A stretch of DNA of 41,376 nucleotides from a virus. Its lineage: Duplodnaviria; Caudoviricetes. The stretch's first letter is position 1, and each line of letters begins with the position of its first letter. Both the position numbers and the translations under genes were made by a program. The notes below the pieces were generated by a model that saw only the letters and a program-made list of their open reading frames with translations, did no database searches and was not told the DNA's origin. Shown here piece after piece: positions 26,942 to 35,814 of this stretch. The DNA is taken from IMG/VR virus record IMGVR_UViG_3300033067_001585, positions 1 through 41,376 of that record. One strand, written 5' to 3'.

Positions 26942-27649
26942 GACAAGTGAAAGCGTTGCCACTCGATCCAGGTACTCGGAAAGGTAGCCACCAATAAATT
27001 TTGTGTAAGCCGGAGGAATTCCCTCCGAAATTTCAACATCCTTGAATTTGTATTGAATGGGAATTCCCATTGCAAAGTGCCATGTTTTGATCCCGCTACC
27101 CTGGTCAAACTTAGGCCGCCAATTTTTCGGCAGCCCTTTGTTTTTTCGGTAGCCTTGTTTCCCGATGATGGTGCAAAAGTCTCCTTCCTTAACCGACCCA
27201 ATCCGCTTGCTCACACCTGGTTGCATCATCCACCAATTCCCCAACTCAAAATGTCGTTTCCGCATCACATTAAGTCCGAACATCCAGCCATGAAGTACTA
27301 TGTCAGGCCGAACCGGTGCAGTTGGTACATTTTCAATTACATACGGTAGCCCAATCAATTCAAGTGCTTCGCGTGTAGGCTTAATCAAGTCAGCATAGAC
27401 CTTGCCTTGTGCGCGAAACATCGCCGTTGATTGGCTGTATTTCTGACATGGAGGGCTGGCGTGAATTGCATCAAATTGTCTGCAATAGGTTGTGTCGGCC
27501 AAAATTTCCAGCGCGTCAGCCTGTATCCAGGTATCACCAGCATAGCACGTTTTCTTCTCAATGTCAACGCCTGTGACATGGAAGCCGGATTGCTTGTAGC
27601 CAATTGCCGCAAGTCCTGCGCCGCTGTATACATCGAGGAGTTTTTTCAT
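26936..27649 (-). CDS. C5 DNA cytosine methyltransferase (orphan)
   Basis: Motif I DVYSGAG, catalytic SPPCQ, IENV, and R.R.F. Confidence 0.85.
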   Translation of the reverse strand: MKKLLDVYSGAGLAAIGYKQSGFHVTGVDIEKKTCYAGDTWIQADALEILADTTYCRQFDAIHASPPCQKYSQSTAMFRAQGKVYADLIKPTREALELIGLPYVIENVPTAPVRPDIVLHGWMFGLNVMRKRHFELGNWWMMQPGVSKRIGSVKEGDFCTIIGKQGYRKNKGLPKNWRPKFDQGSGIKTWHFAMGIPIQYKFKDVEISEGIPPAYTKFIGGYLSEYLDRVATLSLVG

Positions 27650-27662
27650 AATATTAGAATGC

Positions 27663-27728
27663 TGCTAACCCTGCATGGCTGTCAATACTTCCTAAGCGTC
27701 AGCACTTGCAGTCATGCGCCAGTTATGC
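27663..27728 (-). mobile_element. attC-like recombination site 2 (66 bp)
   Basis: Minus strand GCATAAC...GTTAGCA; imperfect hairpin gcatggctg/cagtcatgc; stop of the 68-aa ORF lies inside TAAC. Confidence 0.75.
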
Positions 27729-27929
27729 CGAATGAATATCAATGAAAATAAATACGTGGTAATCCCTGGAAATCAAATAGTTTTCAGCATCCTTTTTAGC
27801 CCACTCCTTCACGGTACTTTCGGGAATGTCGCGGTCTACATCATCATATCCTATTGGGATTAATTTTGTTTCAAATAGAGGGCCAAGGCCTCTACGCACC
27901 CGAAATTCGACATTGTATTGATAAGCCAT
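27723..27929 (-). CDS. 68-aa hypothetical cassette protein
   Basis: AT-rich ORF filling the space between two attC-like sites. Confidence 0.65.
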   Translation of the reverse strand: MAYQYNVEFRVRRGLGPLFETKLIPIGYDDVDRDIPESTVKEWAKKDAENYLISRDYHVFIFIDIHSA

Positions 27930-27957
27930 TGTGTTGAATTTAAAAGTAAAAAAATCA

Positions 27958-28022
27958 GCATAACCCTGCTTTCCCGCCGATGCTTCCTAAGCGAGCGCAC
28001 AGCGGGAAAGCCTCAGTTAGTA
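27958..28022 (-). mobile_element. attC-like recombination site 3 (65 bp)
   Basis: Minus strand TACTAAC...GTTATGC; stem gctttcccgc/gcgggaaagc; shares taaccctgc, cttcctaagcg and cagtta with site 2. Confidence 0.75.
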
Positions 28023-28112
28023 TTGAGTATAATCATCCATCGTCTTGATCCACCACGCCATGATGGCGATCAAGACGATGAATATTAGGAATAGGAAAAT
28101 ATCGGTAGTCAT
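28017..28112 (-). CDS. 31-aa membrane peptide (MTTDIFLFLIFIVLIAIMAWWIKTMDDYTQY)
   Basis: Translated by hand; ATGA coupling to the upstream gene; TAA inside attC-like site 3. Confidence 0.55.
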   Translation of the reverse strand: MTTDIFLFLIFIVLIAIMAWWIKTMDDYTQY

Positions 28113-28726
28113 GTGTCCAGCTTTTTGAAGGTGATGACCCAGACGAAGGGGTCGGAATCGAATGAGCCTTCGCCATTGATGTCATCCCACAACTCCGCGA
28201 ATGAATTCACCGCCGAAAACCCCGACTCCGCCCAGTCGGAAACAAAGCCCTCCTGCTCTGCATCGTATTCACTTATGTCTTTCAGGCGCTCGACACGCAC
28301 ATCCGTTACTTCAAGCATGAGGCGGCATGCGGTGCGGGGCATAAATATGGACGGGCGCCACTTGCATCCTGGTGGTACTTCTGACGAATCGAACCCATTG
28401 TCCCACCCGCCGGCATACTTCGCGCCGGGCTTGTCTGCACGATACTCATATCCGTGGTAAAGACATTCAAGCCCATCACAGCCTGTCTCGTTGTAGCATA
28501 TCTCCGCCCATGTTTCGCGCACCCACAGCCGGTCGCCGGGCATACCGTAAGGGGAAAGAAGACCGTATGTAGTCCCATCTAATTCGTAGAATCCAAGGCG
28601 GTCAACTTCCGACCGCTTAACTTGTCGGTCTGGGCCAAATTTAACGATCCGCCGCGTTTTATTTTTTCGGCCTTCGAGTATGGCGCGCACCATCGGTGCG
28701 ATGAATGAAATTGGACGCTCTTTCAT
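28109..28726 (-). CDS. ASCH/PUA-like conserved phage protein
   Basis: MKERPI.F..PMVRAILEGRK..TRR, GDRLWVRET, WRPSIFMPR, VRVERL.DISE.DA..EG, P.VWVI.F. Confidence 0.8.
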   Translation of the reverse strand: MKERPISFIAPMVRAILEGRKNKTRRIVKFGPDRQVKRSEVDRLGFYELDGTTYGLLSPYGMPGDRLWVRETWAEICYNETGCDGLECLYHGYEYRADKPGAKYAGGWDNGFDSSEVPPGCKWRPSIFMPRTACRLMLEVTDVRVERLKDISEYDAEQEGFVSDWAESGFSAVNSFAELWDDINGEGSFDSDPFVWVITFKKLDT

Positions 28727-29136
28727 ACCAGTTTAAGTTGTTCCGGCCGGGCGTGGTCGCGCCCGTACCGGCGGTTAGTGATGTGTTGAATGACGTCGTG
28801 CCGCAGGTGGCAGCGCTGGCACAGGGCGGCGAGGTTCTCGCGGTCGTTGTTGGCTGGGTTGCGGTCGAGGTGTGCCGTGGCGATGACTATACGGGTGAGG
28901 CTGAAGAACTGGAGCCGCTTGTAGGTCATGGTGCTGGTGGGTTCGATCTGGCCGCTCGCGTTGGTGACTGTATCAAAGCGCACCCAGTCTTTGCCGGACA
29001 GCTCGCGCTGTATGGCCCGGCGCTGGATAACGGTCTGGTGCTGGGCGCCGCACCACTCGCAACACCAGCCCGCGTCGGTTTTGATCTGGTGCGAGAGAGT
29101 CGCCCAGTCGGTCGGGTACTTTTCTTTTTGGATCAT
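28723..29136 (-). CDS. HNH endonuclease-like protein
   Basis: CEWC ... AHLDRNPANN...NL.ALCQRCH. Confidence 0.8.
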   Translation of the reverse strand: MIQKEKYPTDWATLSHQIKTDAGWCCEWCGAQHQTVIQRRAIQRELSGKDWVRFDTVTNASGQIEPTSTMTYKRLQFFSLTRIVIATAHLDRNPANNDRENLAALCQRCHLRHDVIQHITNRRYGRDHARPEQLKLV

Positions 29137-29138
29137 GG

Positions 29139-29495
29139 CTATACGATTGAGAGTTGTGTGGGTGTGGATTGGATCGGTTTCGTTTGCTCCATCCAGTCTG
29201 TGATGAGCGCGATGGTGCGCCCTATCTCGTGGTAGTTGGCTACCGTGGCGTCGCGCTGTAGCTCGATCATCCAGCGGCGCAACTCGGCATGAACCTGTTC
29301 GATGCTTTTGGTGATGGCCGGGCGCGTGGTTTTATCTTCGATGCTGGCGGCCATCTGGAGGCATAGGTAGCGGTGGTTGAGTTGCTCGCGGAGGGCGGTG
29401 GATTCGTCCGCCGGTACTACTGCAAGGTGCGCCTTGTATGATACCAGGCGGCGGGAGAGTTCCGCCTGGAAGATTTGCGAAATTGTGGTTTTCAT
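29139..29495 (-). CDS. Hypothetical protein
   Basis: 118 aa, tightly packed in the operon. Confidence 0.6.
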   Translation of the reverse strand: MKTTISQIFQAELSRRLVSYKAHLAVVPADESTALREQLNHRYLCLQMAASIEDKTTRPAITKSIEQVHAELRRWMIELQRDATVANYHEIGRTIALITDWMEQTKPIQSTPTQLSIV

Positions 29496-29497
29496 AA

Positions 29498-29953
29498 TCA
29501 GAAAGGAAGATCATCACCGGACACAGGTTCCGGCGTGGTGGTGAAGGTTGCGTGTTGCTTCGCGGGTGGTGGCGGCACGTTGCCCGGGTAGCCGGGTACG
29601 TTCGGGTTGGTTTCTTCTTCGCGTTTTTTCGAGCCTCCCAGCAGGCGGATTTCCTGCACGTTCAGGTCGAGCGATGCGGCAGGCTCGTTGCGGGCATCGA
29701 GGTGTGCGCGGGCACTGACTTTCCCGGTGACGCATACGAGGGCGCCTTTCATAAGGTACTGCGATACGGCGGGGTGATCGGCGGTGAAGTAGCTGCAATT
29801 CACCCAGGTGGTGCGCTCTTGTTTTTCGCCGCGCGAATCCTTCCAGGACTCGGTGTGCGCGACGGTGAATGATGTCACTACCCTACCACCTTGAAGGCTT
29901 CGGGTTTCGGCATCGCGGCCGATGTGGCCGATGAGAGTGGAGTAGAAGTGCAT
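29498..29953 (-). CDS. ssb: Single-stranded DNA-binding protein
   Basis: LIGHIGRDAE, FTVA..E.W, T.W..C, KGALVCV.G, acidic DDLPF tail. Confidence 0.92.
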   Translation of the reverse strand: MHFYSTLIGHIGRDAETRSLQGGRVVTSFTVAHTESWKDSRGEKQERTTWVNCSYFTADHPAVSQYLMKGALVCVTGKVSARAHLDARNEPAASLDLNVQEIRLLGGSKKREEETNPNVPGYPGNVPPPPAKQHATFTTTPEPVSGDDLPF

Positions 29954-30008
29954 GTGTAGTGTGGTTATGAATTTTTAAAAAATCAGGAACCCTTATGTTT
30001 TTCGCTCT

Positions 30009-30149
30009 TACATTTCCTACATTCCTACAATCACTACAGTTTCCTACATCTTCCTACAGAAATCAGGCATTTTGCAAGGGTGCAGGATTTTCAACTTTTT
30101 GATTTTCAGTTCTTTGTTTAGTATGTAGGATATGTAGGAAATGTAGGAA
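30009..30149. repeat. Iteron-like TTCCTACA repeats in two inverted clusters, probable replication origin
   Basis: TTCCTACA at 30014, 30022, 30041 and 30051; TGTAGGA at 30124, 30133 and 30142; T-rich spacer; directly after the helicase gene. Confidence 0.7.
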
Positions 30150-30172
30150 CTATAAATAAGGGGTCAGTAAAA

Positions 30173-32077
30173 TTAAAATGGATCGTCCGGGGCTTTATCT
30201 GGCGTAAATGGTTGGTTTGCTGCCTGTTGCGCGATTTCGTCAAAGTCCACCCCGTACATTTTGCGCAAATCGTGTTGTAGGAAAACCATTGCGTTTGTAG
30301 GATTTTGTAGGTCCGGAAATCGGTGAGAACCCTGTTTTGACTCCTTCGCGCAGTAGGCTTGGCTATTTTCGATGTAGTTTGTGAGCGTGCCACGGTCCAA
30401 AACCCGCAGTCCTTGCCGCCTCGAATACTCCCGGTACAGCGGGAAAATGGTGACTAACCGGAGCTTCACGATTCCGTTCTGGATGTGTAGGTCTTTGCCG
30501 TCTTTGATGAGGCCGTTGGATAGCAGGTAGGCCACCATTTCGAAGAACTGCTGCACCTCGTTGGCCGCGCCCATCATGCCTGTCTGGCGCTTGATGTATC
30601 GCTCGGCAATCTTCAAGAGTTCGATCCAGGTGAACGGCATTTTTAGGTGTGGCTCCAAGCACCGTACGCAGGCAATCAGGATACTGAAGTTGACTATTTG
30701 GCGCTCCACCACCGCTTCGCCCTGAAAGGCTGCCCGCAATGCGCTTGCGATCTCGGTGTACACCTGCATGAAGTTTTCCGCTACGGCATCCCGGTGTGTG
30801 AGGATTTCGAGGGTGGCATTGGTGATACCGGTTTCTTCGATTTTCCGCAGGAGGTTGAAGCGCTCTACTTCTTCCTGGCTGCGCTCTTTCTCGCGGAATT
30901 CCAACAGTATGGTGCGGCTGAACAGGGCCGGTTCTACGTTCGGGATTTCCTGACCCGAAATGATCGCGCTACTGGTGACCGGTGTGGACTGGGTGCGATT
31001 GCTGCTGTCCTTCACACCGCGCTCGTACCCTACTCTGTCCCAGATGTTTTTCAGGGATTCGATCTTCTTTTCCCCGATGTCGTTTTTGTATTCGTCAAGC
31101 CACACGATACCGTTATTGAACTGGCCGAGTTTCCGCATGAAGCCCACCACCGTACTGGCGCCACCGAGCATGAGCGGGTCTTGCGCATAGCCGAACATGG
31201 TGAGCAGCGAGTTGGCCATACTGCCCTTGCCCGATGAGCGCTGCCCGAAAAGGAATAGCATTGGGGCCGCTTTGGTCTTGTCGAAAATGATTTCGCTGCA
31301 CAGGCTGTACAGCAGGAACGCTATACCCACTTGACCGTTTTCGCCGTACACGTCGGAGAATGTTTTGGCCCATGTCTGAAACGTGATGTTGTTTTCGCGG
31401 TGCAGGAATTTGCGGTAGTTCCGAAGGTCTTCGTCGTCGTCGCTTTTTGTGCTGCCGAACACGGGTATGTAGTAGTGCTCGCCACCACAGGCCACCATGC
31501 CACGGTCGTCAATCGGGAGGAAGTTGTTGCCGTCGTAGATGCCGTTTGCCCAGGCGTAGAACCCGCGCTTGTGTTGGCCAAGCCGGCCGATTTCTACGGA
31601 GGGTTGCTCGTGGTTGTACAGTTTCGTTTTGATTCGGGTTAGGTCGGCAGGCTTGCCCTCGAAGATGTAGTTGCCGGCGCTTTCTACCCTGGCCTTGAAC
31701 TTGTCCAGACTGATAAGGTCTTCGATGGCCATATCGAGGCTGGTGCTTTTTCCGAATACGTTGGTGATCTCTACGATGCGCTTCGGGTTGGCCCCCACTA
31801 TAAGGTATAGTACCCGTAGGGTGAAGTTGGATATGGGATCGAACCGGGTATCGCCACCGGCGCGGCGTGCCCACCACCGGTTTTTGTATTCGTAGAATCC
31901 ATATTCCACGGCATCGCGCACATTAACGCCACGCGGGAGGGATGCTTTCAGCATCATGTAGTCGTCGTCCATAGTATCCAGCTCCTGCTGGACGGTATCG
32001 CCTTCAGGTGTGGGGCTTTGCGCCGCCGCCGGTATGGTGTTCAGGATGGTTGCTGCGGTGTCGGTTAGGCTGCTCAT
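30173..32077 (-). CDS. Replicative helicase-like P-loop NTPase (primase-associated)
   Basis: Walker A GQRSSGKGS, Walker B WLDEY, SGQE..ALFSR; no N-terminal TOPRIM visible. Confidence 0.75.
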   Translation of the reverse strand: MSSLTDTAATILNTIPAAAQSPTPEGDTVQQELDTMDDDYMMLKASLPRGVNVRDAVEYGFYEYKNRWWARRAGGDTRFDPISNFTLRVLYLIVGANPKRIVEITNVFGKSTSLDMAIEDLISLDKFKARVESAGNYIFEGKPADLTRIKTKLYNHEQPSVEIGRLGQHKRGFYAWANGIYDGNNFLPIDDRGMVACGGEHYYIPVFGSTKSDDDEDLRNYRKFLHRENNITFQTWAKTFSDVYGENGQVGIAFLLYSLCSEIIFDKTKAAPMLFLFGQRSSGKGSMANSLLTMFGYAQDPLMLGGASTVVGFMRKLGQFNNGIVWLDEYKNDIGEKKIESLKNIWDRVGYERGVKDSSNRTQSTPVTSSAIISGQEIPNVEPALFSRTILLEFREKERSQEEVERFNLLRKIEETGITNATLEILTHRDAVAENFMQVYTEIASALRAAFQGEAVVERQIVNFSILIACVRCLEPHLKMPFTWIELLKIAERYIKRQTGMMGAANEVQQFFEMVAYLLSNGLIKDGKDLHIQNGIVKLRLVTIFPLYREYSRRQGLRVLDRGTLTNYIENSQAYCAKESKQGSHRFPDLQNPTNAMVFLQHDLRKMYGVDFDEIAQQAANQPFTPDKAPDDPF

Positions 32078-32979
32078 TGTCGTACTCCATTTGTGTTGCA
32101 GATGGTGAAGAATGTTCCGATGTGGACGCGGCTCGTGTTGCGCACGAAGTCCGCGTATTTTTTGGCGGTTTCGGTGGGGTTGTATTTGGGGTGGAACTGG
32201 CTGATGCGCTGGAAGTAGTTCTCACCCATCGGGCCGAACTCGTTGGCGAGGGCCATGCCGGCGCGCATCCAGTCTTCGTAGTTGGTGGTGATGTCGAGGC
32301 TGCGGGCCTCGATGGCTTCGATGTATCCAAGTACTTTTTTCTCGGTGGTACTGCTGTGTGTGCCCGGGGCCTTGTTGATGATAACCGGGCGCGGGCGGCG
32401 TGCGGGTTCTTCAGTGGTGCGCATGGCAGGCAGCAGCGCGGCGGCGTCGAACGGTTTCGGTGTTGCGTTCCAGTACCCTTGCGGATCGTAGGATACGAAG
32501 CGTAGGCGGCACACGTCTTTGCAGGCGCGGTCGTAGTACAGATCGTAGGTGGCCATGACTGCGCCGAGCAGGTCCACCACCTGGGCGTGTGCATCGGGGT
32601 CGGTGTTGTTGGTGGCGATGATGGCGAACACGCCCTGCCCGGATACAGATAGCCCGGCGTAGGCTACCTCGTCGAATTCGCGGAGGATGTCGCGCATCTC
32701 TTCGGCGGTGCGGCCGGGGTTCTCTTTGGCATCGAAGTCGAGGCACACGAGGCCGTTGTACTGTTCCAGACCGGCAGCCGCCCGGCGGCTGAATACGCCG
32801 CTTATGGTGGCGGCTGGTAGTTCTTTTTTGGCTTCGTCGCGCGCCTTCTTGTCTTCGATGGTGCGCAGGGCCAGCACCTTGTCGCGCCAGCGCTTGCTGG
32901 CGAGGAAGGCACCGAGCCGGGATGTAACCGGCTCGGTGCTGCGTGCTGTGCGGAATACGGAGATGTCAGTGTCGAACAT
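32074..32979 (-). CDS. BT4734/VirE-N-like primase with PriCT-2 domain
   Basis: K.ELPA.T.SG.F, GLVCLDFD, SVSGQG, D.ACKDV.R.RF.SYD; C-terminal YEDW...GMALA..S..HPKY; ATG at 32979. Confidence 0.8.
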   Translation of the reverse strand: MFDTDISVFRTARSTEPVTSRLGAFLASKRWRDKVLALRTIEDKKARDEAKKELPAATISGVFSRRAAAGLEQYNGLVCLDFDAKENPGRTAEEMRDILREFDEVAYAGLSVSGQGVFAIIATNNTDPDAHAQVVDLLGAVMATYDLYYDRACKDVCRLRFVSYDPQGYWNATPKPFDAAALLPAMRTTEEPARRPRPVIINKAPGTHSSTTEKKVLGYIEAIEARSLDITTNYEDWMRAGMALANEFGPMGENYFQRISQFHPKYNPTETAKKYADFVRNTSRVHIGTFFTICNTNGVRQ

Positions 32980-32986
32980 GGGATGG

Positions 32987-33021
32987 CGAAAGTGGATTGA
33001 TTGTTCGTGTGGAAAAAGGAC
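32987..33021 (-). promoter_or_regulatory. Repeated phage promoter motif, copy 8 (replication genes)
   Basis: GTCCTTT-N20-CACTTTCG, 7 nt before the ATG at 32979. Confidence 0.6.
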
Positions 33022-33025
33022 GGCA

Positions 33026-33184
33026 CTATCTGGCTTCGATCTTGGAGGCGTTCCGTTTTTCGATGCGTACGAATTCATCCAGCGGAAGGCACACCATGCC
33101 CTCGTGTAATTCTGTGCGCTGCTGGTGGTATGCGAATAGTCGAAAATCTGGATCCGGGATATTTCGCATTGGGATAGGAGTCAT
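33026..33184 (-). CDS. Small hypothetical protein
   Basis: 52 aa from the ATG at 33184; start uncertain. Confidence 0.4.
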   Translation of the reverse strand: MTPIPMRNIPDPDFRLFAYHQQRTELHEGMVCLPLDEFVRIEKRNASKIEAR

Positions 33185-33297
33185 GCCGGCCGCTACGGCA
33201 TCTTCGGCATATTGGCGCGGCCGGTGGTGCTTCCGGGGATGCGCTCCCGGAAATACCACCCTGCCCTATCGGCAGTATCGGCGGCGGCGTAATGTGG

Positions 33298-33441
33298 TCA
33301 CTCGGGCGGCGCTGGTTTGCCTATGCTATCCAGCCGGTCGGCGCTTGCGATGAAGAAACACGCGATGAGTACGGCGGCGGCGGGTGCGGAATAGTGCATA
33401 CCGCCGATAATGGTGATGGCGATGAGTAGTACGCGGATCAT
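33298..33441 (-). CDS. 47-aa two-helix membrane peptide
   Basis: MIRVLLIAITIIGGMHYSAPAAAVLIACFFIASADRLDSIGKPAPPE; ATGA coupling with the upstream stop. Confidence 0.5.
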   Translation of the reverse strand: MIRVLLIAITIIGGMHYSAPAAAVLIACFFIASADRLDSIGKPAPPE

Positions 33442-33941
33442 ACTTCTACCGCCTCCACCGGTTTCCGTACGACTACGGAAATTTTATCTGGGCTGTTTGT
33501 TTCCGTTTCACCGAGGGCGGAGAGTATCTCGTGCATCCGTGCTACGGCGAAGTCGTCGAGTTGTGGCGGGCCTACGCGCTCAAACAGGATGTCGTTGTCT
33601 GCCACTGTTTCGCCTGTCAGGATTTTAGCGCCGTAGCCGAGCAGTTGCAGCACTTCGAGGTACAGGTTGCGCCGGTCGGCATTTCTGGATTTTGCCTCGG
33701 CTGTTTTGCATTCGGTGTTGTTTGCGTGGCTTCGGCGGTGGCACTGTCTCGCGCGATTGATGTACTTGTCTTTGTTACCAAGGATAAGCGCCAACTCTGT
33801 TTGGTGTGGGTGTCTGACACTGTCTGACACCGCGCTAACAGCAGGCTGTGTGGCGTTGGTGTGGGCGGTTTCTTGTGGTGGGGTGGGGTATTGCGCGGTA
33901 TTGGCCCCGGATGCTTGCGCTGTGGTCGCATCCGGGGTCAT
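33438..33941 (-). CDS. Hypothetical protein
   Basis: Likely start at the ATGA overlap (33941). Confidence 0.55.
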   Translation of the reverse strand: MTPDATTAQASGANTAQYPTPPQETAHTNATQPAVSAVSDSVRHPHQTELALILGNKDKYINRARQCHRRSHANNTECKTAEAKSRNADRRNLYLEVLQLLGYGAKILTGETVADNDILFERVGPPQLDDFAVARMHEILSALGETETNSPDKISVVVRKPVEAVEV

Positions 33942-35302
33942 GACTTTCCCGGCAGTAGCAGGTCTGGGTCGCTCCACGGTGCGTTTTTGTAGCTTCCGTT
34001 CATTGTCAGCGCTTTGTCCAGTTCCTGTTTCATCACCGGCATAGACGGGCTGTAGCCTGGTACTTGCTCGTTTATGGCAATGATCTTGTTGAACACCTTG
34101 GCGTATGCCTCGCTCATGGATTCACCTTCGGTCTTTGGGGCAGGGGTGTTGCGCTCGGTAATCACACCAGCCGGTGTATTGTAATTTCCGGGATTGGCCA
34201 CCACCGTACCGTCGAACGTGGTGATCGCTTCTTTCGGGGATAATGCCCCGTGAAACCACACAGCGAACTGAAGGCTGCGGCGGTTGAAGGCGTCGCCGAA
34301 TGCGGTGCCGAGACGTTCGAGAAAACTGCCGTGTGCATCCAGCACGGTGAAATTGCGCTGCGGCAGGATGCCGCTCATCACGTTGATTCGTACTCTGACA
34401 TACCCGAGCGCGGCAATGATTCCGAGCATGATGGCGCTGATTAACCAAGCGAGCGAACCGGCGCGGCCGTGTTCGGCTTCGTAGCGCTGCTGCTCTTCGG
34501 TGTTGCGGCCGATCACTTCTGTACGCTGTGCCTCGGTGACATCGTAAGCGCGCTGGCTGCGGGTGTTGTACTGTGCCAGCGCGTTGGCCAGTGCCGTAGA
34601 GCGCTCGGCAGCGATTGGTTCGAGCGCTTCGGCGCGTTGGCGCTTTATGGTTGCGATCTGGCCCGCGATGCTTTTGCGGGCGGATTCGCTGTCGGCCCGG
34701 CGGCGCTGAAGCGCGGCTATCTTGTTGTCGTAGGGTAGGGCAGTGGCGGCGGAGCGCTCAACGAAGATGGCAACTATCTCGGCTTTTCGGGCCGAGTACT
34801 CGCGCTCCAAACCGGTGGTGCTTTCCTTGTACCCGGTGTCAACCTTGGCCACTTCGATGGTTTCGGGTGGCTTCACCATGCCTTTAAGGAATTGGCTGGC
34901 ACCGTACACCTCGGTGAGGAACAGCGTGATGATGATGAGCGCTGGCAGGGCGATACCGGAATCGGTGTTTGGGTCGTCGTCGAGTTTGTCGTACCAATAC
35001 GTGGACCAGGTGACCCCGAACAATACGTGCATGGCAGCGAGTGCCACGATAGCGAGCGGGCCGGTAAGCCACTGCCACTGCGGCACGGCTTCGAATGCCC
35101 AGGCGAATATCGCCTGCCAAGCAGCGAAGGCGAGAAAGGCGTGCATTACCTGGAAAGCAATTTGCATAATCCCGAACACGCGCCGCTTGGGAGCGTGTTT
35201 GGAAAAGTACCTCGACTGTTCCGGTGTTGAAGGAGTTGACCACATTGTGGTGCTGTTTTGTGGGCTTTGGCCCGCGTCTTGTGAAAGTGGTACGTATGAC
35301 AT
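33938..35302 (-). CDS. Multi-pass membrane protein with long coiled coil
   Basis: Three N-terminal hydrophobic helices, about 150 aa coiled coil, then a fourth helix. Confidence 0.7.
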   Translation of the reverse strand: MSYVPLSQDAGQSPQNSTTMWSTPSTPEQSRYFSKHAPKRRVFGIMQIAFQVMHAFLAFAAWQAIFAWAFEAVPQWQWLTGPLAIVALAAMHVLFGVTWSTYWYDKLDDDPNTDSGIALPALIIITLFLTEVYGASQFLKGMVKPPETIEVAKVDTGYKESTTGLEREYSARKAEIVAIFVERSAATALPYDNKIAALQRRRADSESARKSIAGQIATIKRQRAEALEPIAAERSTALANALAQYNTRSQRAYDVTEAQRTEVIGRNTEEQQRYEAEHGRAGSLAWLISAIMLGIIAALGYVRVRINVMSGILPQRNFTVLDAHGSFLERLGTAFGDAFNRRSLQFAVWFHGALSPKEAITTFDGTVVANPGNYNTPAGVITERNTPAPKTEGESMSEAYAKVFNKIIAINEQVPGYSPSMPVMKQELDKALTMNGSYKNAPWSDPDLLLPGKS

Positions 35303-35565
35303 ACTTTTGTGCTTGGGTTACGGGAAACCGGGGGTGTTACCTGCTAAGTATTTCCCCGGCCCCGTGGTTATGAAATGCCTCCATCGCTTCGTGCGGTGGG
35401 GGTTTTTTGTTTTTGGAAAAAAGTGCCCCGGCTCATTTGCCGGGGCGGGGTGCTCATCCCAAGAGCGACTATGGTCGGGCGGCTGGCGCCGCTTGCATCC
35501 TTAGAAAAACCCCGCGCTCGTTTGCGCGGGGCGACTCCCGTCGAGAGGAATCTCATGAAAAGTAT

Positions 35566-35814
35566 CTATATCGTGTACCGCCGCATGTTTGCGAAGTGCT
35601 GAACGGTGCGGGCGATCATGCCGCTTGCAAATGTTTTTGCGATGTCGCTGTTTGCAGAATGGAAGCGGGCCATATCGGCAGCCAGCAGCGCCCGGCGGGC
35701 GAAGTGCGATGCCCTCAAGTGCAGGCCGTACATGGCGGCATATATGCACTTCTGGGTAAAGTACGCTTCGAGGCTGCGGCATTGCTCGGCGCGGTTCTGT
35801 GTGGTGGTTTTCAT
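35566..35814 (-). CDS. Small basic hypothetical protein
   Basis: 82 aa, coupled to the Cro-like gene. Confidence 0.5.
   Translation of the reverse strand: MKTTTQNRAEQCRSLEAYFTQKCIYAAMYGLHLRASHFARRALLAADMARFHSANSDIAKTFASGMIARTVQHFANMRRYTI

Noticed and set aside
26936-29136. Restriction-modification pair (methyltransferase plus HNH)
   Set aside because: The genes are not adjacent, they are separated by attC-like sites, and the HNH is of the common small phage type
1-35504. Many long plus-strand ORFs (e.g. 9135-10019, 12156-13118, 22493-23500)
   Set aside because: Antisense shadows of GC-rich minus-strand genes with no recognisable motifs
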